64,000 nt of DNA from Hormiphora californensis (Eukaryota; Animalia; Ctenophora), in NCBI GenBank assembly GCA_020137815.1, contig CM035350.1, positions 6,944,001 through 7,008,000 on the forward strand, read 5' to 3'. Made by a program: the position numbers and the translations under genes. Below, in pieces: positions 33,123 to 64,000 of the stretch. The notes beneath the pieces are model-generated. The model worked only from the letters and a program-made list of their open reading frames with translations, was not told the origin of the DNA and searched no databases. Numbering within the stretch: the stretch's first letter is position 1; the number at the start of each line of letters is the position of its first letter.

Positions 33123-36100
33123 ATGGCCTCGTATGTGTTATACGAACATGCGGCAGGGTACGCACTATTCAAGAACATCGCCATGGAAGACATTGGTTCA
33201 CAACTCGATCAGGTTTGTTGAAGATGTGTTTGGGATCAGTTGGGATCCTAATTGTTGGTCTATGTAGTGATGCTGGGATTGGGGATCCTGATTTCTAATC
33301 CTTTTTAGAGCTGTTTCAGTCAAGTACAATCCCGTAACACCCCTCTCCTCTATTAGGTACAAGCCGCAGTTTTAGACTTGGCCAAGTTTGGTAAAGTTGT
33401 CAAACTGGAATCATTCGTTCCGTTCAAATCTGGAGCCAATGCCCTGGAAAATATCAACTCTATCTCCGAAGGTGAGGAGTTTCCCCCCCCCCCCCCACAT
33501 CTCTACATTTTAGTTCTCTCTCCCCCACATCTCTTATAGCTGTTTTTAGTTCATTTCACTGATTTTCCACTTTGGTATCAGTGACAAATGCACGCAGTAC
33601 ACATCCTTACTGATCTTTTATTTTCATACATCATCATGTTGAAATGACCCCACATACTATCGAGAAACTTGGCACAACATTCTCGGGCCACTTTACAAAT
33701 TTAAAGGTTGACAAGATACCTAAAACTTTTCGTATATCGTCTTATTTTGATTTATCATTAATTTTCAGCATTTTTTCAGAATTTTTTGTCGGCTAGAAAT
33801 ATGTGCAAAATAGGGGGTCTACTGACAAATGAGTGTGCCTTTTTTAAAATTGATACTGGAATATCTCCGGTTCCTGATGAGATACAGAAACCGTTTTGGT
33901 AGCGTTGGTCTTATTAAGGCCAATCCAACGCAACCAAGATCAAGTAGCTATCTTTTGAGGAACCGGAAACGTGAATTTCAATTTGCGAGACGCAGTGAGT
34001 GTGCCCAGTAAAACCAGTGCTGACAATATCGGTAGACCCCCTATTTCGAATTTTTTTCTAGCCGACAAAAAATTCTGAAAAAATGCTGAAAATTAATGAT
34101 AAATCAAAATAAGACGATATACGAAAAGTTTTAGGTATCTTGTCAACCTTTAAGGGTTAGAACATAACAAACTAATTACACCTCCACTCTCTAGGCGAGG
34201 TACACGAGGACTTGAAGACATTCCTCCAGACCATGCTACCTAAGAAGGCTGGCAAGCTGGGTGTGTCCGACAGTAGGATTGGTGCCTCCATCGGAGAGGA
34301 GATGGACATTGAGTGCGAGTTTGGGGGAGTTACTGCAGAGATCATCCGTGGAATTAGGTGGGTTCATATTTTAGCTCCCCCCCACCATTTTAATATCTTT
34401 CGCTCTCTCAGCTCTATCTCTTTCTCTCATAATGGGAATTATTTTCATCACCCCACACACACATACAGCATGGAATAAGGACTTGGTGTTAGTTGACACT
34501 GCGTTAAAAACCCAATGCAAAATGAAATACATTGTGTTATCGTTTTCACTGTTCCTAGTGGAATGTATACGTGATAAATGAACACAAAACAAACTCATAC
34601 ATCACCCCTTTTTATTTACAAATGTAAAGGAGGGTTATAACATAACAAAACATATCTGGGTCAAGTATTATATTGTAAATCTCTAAATTTCCCCACCAGG
34701 TTCCACTTTGCTAAGTTTGTTGATGGTCTGTCCGCTAAGAATTGTGATAAGGCCCAGCTAGGTCTGGGTCACAGCTACAGTCGGTGTAAGGTGAAGTTTA
34801 ACGTACACAGAGTGGATAACATGATCATCCAGAGTATCTCTCTATTGGACCAGATCGACAAGGATATCAATACTTTCTCCATGCGACTGAGGTGATTTAT
34901 CATTTGACACACCTTCACATTAGTGTACAGTCGGACCCCGATTTAGGGACACCCTCGGGGGAAAGGCTCTTGTCCACTAAATCGGGGCCAAATAAGGTTA
35001 ATTTCCTATATCGGGGGGAAAAAAATCCTGTCCCTAAATCGGGGTCCGACTGTACATATATCACAGGTCTCACAGATCTCATTACATCGCAATGTTACAG
35101 ACGTGGTGTTTCCCAGCAACAAGAAATTGTGTTATCGTTTTCACTGATTTTCCACTTTGGTATCAGTGACAAATGCACGCAGTACACATCTTTACTCAGT
35201 TCACTGAATTTACAAATTAAGATAGCTTGTTCTAGAACCCAGTTCAGCCAGCGATCTCTCCTACCGTATTAGGAGTCCTAATTTAGGACCAATCTTCCCC
35301 AGAAAATATGTATGGTGTCATGACTCACACTTTTAGATGTTCTTTAATCATGATACCTCAGTATTAATCATAGTCTGTTTGTTACAGGGAATGGTACTCC
35401 TACCACTACCCTGAGCTGGTTAAGATTGCCCCGGACAACATTATGTACGCTAAGGTTGTGAATGTGATCAAGTCACGTGACCAGATCACTGAGGATATGG
35501 TGACTCAGCTGGAGGAGATAACCATGGACAGTGCCAAGGCAAAGGCAGTTATTGAAAGTGCCAAAATCAGCATGGGTAAGAGAGGGAGCTGGAGATGTGA
35601 TGTTACAGACGTGGTGTTTCCCAGCACTGTGTTAAAATCCATTGCAACAAGAAATTGTGTTATCGTTTTCACTGATTTTCACTTTGGTATCAGTGACAAA
35701 TGCACGCAGTACACATCTTCACGCCAGCGAATAGAATAGTCTCATCATAGTTTTTTCATCCTTTTATCAAATCAAACAACTAGAGAAAGAGAATAGATGT
35801 AAAGATAGATATAGAAATATAATGGCGGGGGGGGGGGGGGGGTGCAGCCCAAAAAAAACCAACCATACCCTGGATTTTCAAAATTGTTGATTTTTTTTGA
35901 TCTTTTTTTATTTTTTTTGATTTTTTTTGAATTTTTTTGATTTTTTTTGATCGTTTTTGATTTTTTTTGAATTTTTTTGATCGTTTTTGATTTTATTTGA
36001 TCGTTTTTGATTTTTTTTGAACTTTTTCGTTCAACATTAAACATTTAAAAAAATCAAAAACGATAAAAAAAATTCAAAAAAATTCAAAAACGATCAAAAA

Positions 36101-39100
36101 AGTTCAAAAAAAATCAAAAACGATCAAAAACGATCAAAAAAATCAAAAACGACCAAAAAAAATCAAAAACGACCAAAAAAAATCAAAGAATTTTCAATCA
36201 AAAACGACCAAAAAAAACCAACCATACCCTGGGTTTCGGAAAAAGTTTGAATTTTTTTGGGGCTGCACCCCCCCCCCCCCAATGGCCAATAATCACAATG
36301 AGTGAGAGACAATACCCCTAACTACTTCTATCCCACTGCAGGAATGGACATCTCTCCTATTGATCTGATTAACATCCAGAGTTTTACCTCTCGGATTATG
36401 TCCCTGCACCAGTACCGAACAGAGCTGAGTGCCTATCTGGGTGATAAAATGAACCAGTGTGCTCCTAACTTAACTGCCCTTATCGGAAACCAGGTGAGAA
36501 ATCAGGGACTCGGTTAGATTGTTAATTGTTTGTTAGGGTTTTCATCCATTTAGGATACGCAATGTTACAGACGTGGTGTTTCCCAGCACTGTGTTAAAAT
36601 CCATTGCAACAAGAAATTGTGTTATCGTTTTCACTGATTTTCCACTTTGGTATCAGTGACAAATGCACGCAGTACACATCTGGATATGAAAATATTATAA
36701 GTTCGTTACTGAAAATTGGGGGGAATTGAGATAGGCGAGAGGAAGGTAGACCCCCCCTGTTACACCGGCTCCTTTTAACGTAGGGCGCGCGGTCGGTCCC
36801 CTGTAAAAAGCACACCCCGCAGCACGGCGTGTGCACAATTTTACCGCGGCGCGTAGAGGTGTAGACGAACAGACGTGTTTGTTTGTTTGTGTGTTTGTTT
36901 GTGTGTGTGTGTGTGTGTGTGTTATTTGACCTAACATTATCCTACTCCAGGTCGGTGCTAGGCTCATTGCCCATGCTGGCAGTCTGACTAACTTGGCCAA
37001 GTACCCCGCATCAACTGTTCAAATCTTGGGAGCTGAAAAGGCACTCTTCAGGTAACTCAGACATTATTACATTGAAAAAAATGTAGCCTTCCTCATCGCA
37101 ATGTTACAGACATGGTGTTTCCAAGCACTGTGTTAAAATCCATTGCAACAAGAAATTGTGTTATCGTTTTCACTGCTTTTCCACTTTGGTATCAGTGACA
37201 AATGCACGCAGTACACATCTTCACCCCAGCAAATCACTCATCCGAACTGTTAATTAAAACTAACATACTTTTCCCAACAGAGCCCTAAAGACTCGAGGAA
37301 ACACTCCAAAATACGGACTTCTCTTCCATTCCTCGTTTATCGGCCGAGCCAAGGCTAAGAACAAGGGAAGGATCTCCCGGTATCTCGCTAACAAGTGCTC
37401 CATTGCATCCCGTATTGATTGTTTCTCTGAGAACATCAACAGTGTTTACGGAGCTAAAATGCAGGAACAGGTCGAAGAGAGACTGAAGTTCTATGAAACT
37501 GGAGACCTGCCAAGAAAGAATCTCGATGTCATGGAGGTATACAGAGGGGGAAGGGGGAGAAATAGTGTATTTCCTTCTGTCTAGATCTAAAATAAAACTG
37601 CTCTCACTCCTACACATGTTTCTCACCATTCTTTCTACACATCAGATGATCTCAAACATCATATCATAGAGTTTAGATTCTCTCCAATAACAGAGCTTTC
37701 CTAACCGTCCTTCTCTTTCCAGGAGGCAATGGCTGAAGCCATGACTGTTTTGGACAAGTCCCCTACAGAAGCAGCTGATGATAAGCCTTCAGAAGAGCCA
37801 AAGACACCAAAGTCGGAGAAGAAAAAGAAGAAGAAGAGGAAGATAGAGGAGGTTGAAGAGGCAGCAGAAGCTGAACCTGCACCTGCGGCTGAGGAACCTG
37901 CCCAGGAAGCGGTGGAACCAGTTGAGAAAAAGAAGAAGAATAGGAAGAGTGAGGTGGTGGCTGAGCCTGCAGCAGGTACACATTGTTAAACTTCTTAATT
38001 AGTAGGAAGGAATTAGTAGGAAACAGTTAAATTACAAATCGTCACACACACACTTTCATATGTTCTTTCATTGTCAATTGGAAGGAGAGTTAATTGCATC
38101 CAATAGCTGTGATAAAGTGTGCAGTTGTAGAGGTAGGAGAAGGGTGTGGTAGTCCAGTTGAGAGGAATAGGAATAGGAAGGATGAAGGAGTCCAAGGATA
38201 AAACCAGGAATAGGAAGGAATCGTATCCAGGAAGGATGAAGGAATACAAGGATATATATGTGTTGTGTTGAGTGCCTCCCCAGAGAAGTACTTACCCGAT
38301 ACTTACCCGGTATTAAACAAACAAATAACAATTGGACAATAAAGCTCCCAGCAGCTTTATTATCCCACTACACAGAATACAATTTATAGTTACCTGTCAC
38401 CAGACAAGTGGGTAGCTCAGACCAGATTCCATCACTTTGACATGTTATCACAGGTTCCCCCACCAGCACTGCATTCGCGGTACACGATATCGTTATCTCT
38501 CCTCCTTCCGCCGCTCCAGGCCATTTGTCCTCCAGTGAGTTTGGTATCGTCACACCCAGGCAGTCTGAAACATATTGGAGGTTTTTAGTGGTCTCTATTG
38601 GTATTTTGTGCCCCTCCCCCCTCAATTTAGCATTATATTACTGTACCTAGTATGCGGTATTGTTTTGATGCCGTATCACTGGTACTAAACAAGAACTTCT
38701 CAATTGTATCCCCTTGCCACATTTCGAGGCACTTGTCCCTGTCTTCAAAATTGTAAACCTCCACCTCTGCCCCCTCACAATACAGGGTGATGTTCGTTGC
38801 TGTCTTGGTTATCATCCACGTTTTAATAGTCGAATCAGGAAGCTTATCTTGGTCTAAATCGATGTCTGTGGCTGTGCAAGGGTAGACTCTAAAGGTTGTC
38901 AGAGTTTTGGAATCGAACCCGATCCTTATGTAGGGGTAATCAGTTTCTCCGAATTGGATCAATGAAGACATTTCACTTCCATTTGCCTTGAACTCTAGTG
39001 CACTGTTCTCCAGGTCTAGGGCGAGTACTGCTCCCCGAACAATGCTGTTCCAATCTGGAATTTTATTGAATTTAACTGCTGTGTCATGGTAACCAAAACA

Positions 39101-39345
39101 AGGTTAACAACGGGTACCATAGTAACCATTGTTATCATCAAGTTAACTTACCATCACTTGCACTCGTTGAGCGAAGGAGGACGAGAAGGAAAATCAGGGA
39201 ATAACAAACCATTTCACATTGTTACAACACTGCTAGAGGAAGGTTGAACCATTGTTACAGAACTGCTAGATAGAGGGCATCACGAGAAGGATTTGTAGAT
39301 CAATGGCACACGAGGCAGCCGTGTAGAACGATTATCTTTTCCCTT

Positions 39346-39424
<79 letters not shown>

Positions 39425-39703
39425 GGCGCACCCTCTATAATCTCTCGCGTGCGAGCGCTCTCTCTCTCAAATCTCTCTGGCATTATCCCTCGTTCTTTTT
39501 CCCCTGCCCTCACGTAGTACGTATGAATAGTAAACAGTAACGTAAGGCACGTGCTACCAGGATCACGTGGATATTAATATGCATGGGGTAGTCTGGGTAG
39601 TTGCACTAGAAAGATGGGCAGAGATAGAACTGATGATATTGATATACACACAAAGGAATGGAAACTGAAATGAAGAAACAGGTTGACTTCCGCAACAAAC
39701 ACA

Positions 39704-39766
<63 letters not shown>

Positions 39767-40237
39767 GGTTTTGTCTTCATACATCCGTATCTTTATCCTG
39801 TTTAGAATGGTTGCACAATGTACCACACCTATATAACAACAGCTAAAGGAAAGAGTACAATAACGCGTTAGAAAACAAACAAGAAATGTACCACTACACC
39901 CCCCCCCCCCCCCCATTCATCTCACTAGTCTAGACTAACTTTTCGTATTAGCTTCCCACTATTACTATTTACCTAGCCTTGTCTAACCCACAATTCCCTC
40001 TCAGAACCCGCACCTGCTTGCTGCTGAGGAGCCCAAGAAGAAAAAGAAGAGGAAGAGCTGAGGCAGCACCCGAACCCGCCCCTGAACCTACCCCTGAACC
40101 CGAACCCGCTGCTGTCGAAGAGGAAACCTAAGACACCCAAAAAGAAGAAGAAGAAGTCCATAGCACCAGTTGAAGCAGCTCCTGAGACACCCGCTACTGA
40201 GAAGAAGAAGAAGAAGAAGAAGAAGGCGGATGAGTAG
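33123..40237 (+). CDS. NOP56: Nucleolar protein 56 (box C/D snoRNP); exons ~33123-33212, 33357-33471, 34195-34357, 34700-34891, 35388-35575, 36342-36493, 36951-37051, 37281-37536, 37723-37975, 40004-40237
   Basis: [16 protein letters not shown]; [29 protein letters not shown]; [42 protein letters not shown]; [19 protein letters not shown]; lysine-rich tail ending KKADE*. Confidence 0.95.
33554..33605 (+). ncRNA. Truncated H/ACA snoRNA-like copy (3' hairpin only), NOP56 intron 2
   Basis: Identical to the 3' half of copies at 36558 and 37097. Confidence 0.6.
33705..34149. mobile_element. Kolobok-like MITE
   Basis: ~100-bp near-perfect TIRs starting AGGTTGACAAG; TTAA on both flanks. Confidence 0.85.
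34468..34594 (+). ncRNA. Diverged H/ACA snoRNA-like paralog, NOP56 intron 3
   Basis: Keeps GGTGTT..CACTG.GTTAAAA, an ANANNA box (AAATGA), TTGTGTTATCGTTTTCAC..GTGA.AAATG and a terminal ACA, while loop sequences differ. Confidence 0.65.
34928..35052. mobile_element. Tc1/mariner-pogo-type MITE
   Basis: TIR CAGTCGGACCCCGATTTAGGGACA, TA on both flanks. Confidence 0.88.
35088..35191 (+). ncRNA. H/ACA snoRNA-like copy with a 20-nt deletion in the 5' hairpin, NOP56 intron 4
   Basis: Matches the 36558 copy but lacks ACTGTGTTAAAATCCATTGC. Confidence 0.65.
35597..35718 (+). ncRNA. H/ACA snoRNA-like copy, NOP56 intron 5
   Basis: Hairpin, H box ACAAGA, hairpin (TCACTGAT/ATCAGTGA), then ACA+3 nt. Confidence 0.75.
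35827..36280. mobile_element. Poly-G/poly-C-ended element A, 6-bp TSD AATGGC
   Basis: G16-TGCAGCCC ... GGGCTGCA-C13; inverted arrays of ~10-mers TTTTTTTGA / TCAAAAAAA; AATGGC on both flanks. Confidence 0.9.
36558..36681 (+). ncRNA. H/ACA snoRNA-like copy, NOP56 intron 6
   Basis: GCAATG...CATTGC basal stem, H box ACAAGA, second hairpin, ACA ~14-16 nt below the upper stem; ~125 nt. Confidence 0.8.
37097..37220 (+). ncRNA. H/ACA snoRNA-like copy, NOP56 intron 7
   Basis: As the 36558 copy with ~3 substitutions. Confidence 0.8.
38368..39212 (-). CDS. Secreted protein (signal peptide + unnamed ~135-aa domain + sushi/CCP), nested antisense in the last NOP56 intron; exons 39212-39152, 39054-38647, 38564-~38394
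   Basis: [19 protein letters not shown] signal; [16 protein letters not shown]...TWMITKT...C...DTASKQYR; sushi [24 protein letters not shown]; phase-1 introns. 3' end uncertain. Confidence 0.78.
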
Positions 40238-40636
40238 AAGTACGATGTAACACGTCCTTGTGATCTATAAACTTGATGAGGAAATCGGACACTGGAATAT
40301 TACTGCGTGGTGGCCGGTGCGGGACTGTCCCAGCTCCCTCCATTAAATGAGAGGCAGCGTGCCAGATCTTTAGCAATGAGAAAACACTTTCAGACATATT
40401 CGAGCGGGATCCACAGTTTTAAACAGGCCCTGCACCGGCACACAAAAACATTCAGAGAAAAACAACGTGTGTGACAAAGTTTTTTAGCTCTTTAATTTAT
40501 TATTCTCTCAACACAATGCTCAATGTCATATTTTTCTCTGATCTTTTACACGCGTGATCACACACACGCCGTGAACCTTTATACACTTGTTTGTGGTGTC
40601 CACTCCCTCCCCTCCTCCTCCTCCAGAGCGCCCCTC

Positions 40637-41926
40637 CTAACTGTCCCTCTTGCTCCCACTCCTCACTTTCCGCAGGCTATCAGTTCAGCTTGATCCGATT
40701 CGGTTCCGTCAGCTCGGAGACGAGGGCGCCGTTCCGATAGAACTGGAATGTGGGCGCTACACGGAATACTACACGCGATGGCTATCTCCTCAGCCTCGTC
40801 TATATCAACCTCATACCATCTGATATAGGGAGATGGTTGAGTTACATCAGCTGTACATTAAACAAGTGTGGTATTGTCGGACCAGGAACCGACCGAATCA
40901 AGAAATACTGGTCCCTGATTGGCTGATAACCATTCACGTGACCTGAATAACGAGTTCTGATTGGTTCCTGTGTCGGACACCCGGCCCTGCATATATGTAA
41001 GACAAGTGGAGTTTTCACCTGAACTTGTTGCTGTGGATGTGGGCCAACTTCAAAACATCTGAAACGGAAAATATGTGAGTGCGGGCAGGGTGTTATGGGT
41101 TACACGGGCAGGTTGTTATGGGATTACTTTTCATGTCAGTGGGCAAGGGTTTCCCTTTGACGGGCAGAGATTGCCTACAGTTAGGGACTTTCTGCCAGAA
41201 TTTTCTGTCTGACCCTATCTGACCGCACTGATACGTACTCAAATGGGGTCTGGTGCCGCCAGACAGAATTTTTGAATACCGCAGTTTTATACCCCACCTA
41301 ACACCTTTCTATTTGTTATTTCACACGGGGAGGGGGGTTCTAAGGGACCAGGTGTAATCGATTTTCTATATTTTTAAATCCAACAGGTGGGCTATTAAAC
41401 CCCTTCCGCAAATTCTTTTCTAAAGGGGCTCTAGAATAATGACTATAATGGCTAAATATATTGGGATTTCGCGTACAACTAGCCTCCGATTAGAGACTGT
41501 ATTGTGAGGGGGTGAGAGCACATTGCTTGGCCCAGCATTGCATGAGCGCACACAGGTTTAGTAACGTTTAGCGAGGTATTGTCTCGCTCCACGGGCTCTT
41601 AATGCTCCATCAATTAGGGAACAAGGAGATAACAATACACATTACACATTCAGCAGGTGCATTATATAATAGGGCACCCGGCCCGACCGCTAACTAACCT
41701 GGTCTGATCATTCTCCAAGGTCCGCTAACTAACCTGGTCTGATCATTCTCCAAGGTCCGCACCACTTAGCAGTAAAGGTGACACACACAAGAGAGTGAGA
41801 TAGGGCCTCTTTGAACTCATCTAAACCCTCCACAGCCACCAGAGTTCCTGGAACTGAGTTCCGGAAGGTTTTCTCATCATTTAGAGTCTGTCTGCGGGCT
41901 CTTTCAAGCAAGCTAACAGTTGGCAT
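40637..41926 (-). CDS. Thioredoxin-like protein with WCGPW motif (exons 41926-41739, ~41058-41019, ~40819-40637)
   Basis: VTFTAKWCGPWRMIRP, WYEVDIDEAEEIA, PTFQFYRNG; the last exon needs two +1 bases removed. Confidence 0.8.
40883..40970. mobile_element. 88-bp hAT-type MITE
   Basis: CAGGAACC...GGTTCCTG termini; 8-bp TSD TGTCGGAC. Confidence 0.85.
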
Positions 41927-42620
41927 GACAACAGAGATATGTAGCAGTGGTGAAGTGTGGTGAATATATTAGATTACCGGCCTGAACACCTCCTGTCAGG
42001 TAGGCGGTGTGAGGAAGCTGATTGATGGGTAGTTGGTTGGGTAAGGAAAAGACTCGCCAAATAACAGTGGTTGCAGTAGATAACTCAATTACACATCTCT
42101 ATAATAATTCACCCTGCTAGTAGTTGCATTTTTATTAATCAACAGCAAAATATATACTACTACCTCACACTGCAACACGCCTTCTTTCACAGCCATAAAG
42201 CACACACAGTCTCTTTATTATAACGCTAATCAGTTGTGTAACTGTAACAGCATTGTAACTCATGGCTGACTACCAAAAAGAAGATGGAATCACTAACTTT
42301 TCACTACTCTCCTACAAGCTGCGATCTAATTATAAAGTGATATTCTCTTTCAACTGTGTATTTTTTCTCATCACCTCCACCGCTATATTTTTCTCTATGA
42401 TCTCGGGCAGTCCATCTCTTTCTGTCATTGTGCGGGGAGGGAATGAGCAGTAATGAGCTTCAGGCATGACTGTCAGGAGAGAGAGAGAAGCCCGTACTAA
42501 TCTTTCTCATATTATGCCTGCCCGGCTTTTCTTCTTCCCCCCTTCTTTCAATCTCTCTGATATCACCATCACATATCTCTCTGATTCATATCTTCCTCAT
42601 ATTCATTCTGATTCTCCTCC

Positions 42621-64000
<21,380 letters not shown>

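Noticed and set aside
40004-40780. Frameshifts in the last NOP56 exon and the last thioredoxin exon
   Set aside because: Same +1 pattern across two unrelated genes in one interval, pointing to local assembly error.

Overview
Eukaryotic (animal) genomic DNA: GT-AG spliced genes, (CT/GA)n microsatellites and many non-autonomous DNA transposons. A ctenophore-like source is my inference from the nested intronic genes, single-exon GPCRs and splice acceptors just before start codons. Genes: 3' end of an unknown spliced gene (253-1897), two tandem single-exon class-A GPCRs, nucleoporin TPR (10886-31422) with a third GPCR antisense in an intron, RPS12, NOP56 (six intronic copies of one H/ACA snoRNA-like RNA and an antisense sushi-domain gene in its last intron), a thioredoxin-like gene with WCGPW, and a TRIM-NHL-like gene on the minus strand. 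The TRIM-NHL gene has an ~18 kb intron holding a second sushi-domain gene, a Helitron and an 11.6 kb Mutator-like element (10-bp TSD) with four nested insertions. Main observations: (1) three sequence-unrelated elements share poly-G/poly-C ends, 6-bp TSDs, inverted 10-mer arrays and a same-orientation subterminal module; (2) tandem repeats repeatedly amplify splice junctions, up to ~19 copies of one acceptor; (3) an 8.6 kb palindromic satellite lies inside a Merlin-like TIR element; (4) one snoRNA is copied into most NOP56 introns. Coordinates were read by eye and exon borders may be off by a few bases.
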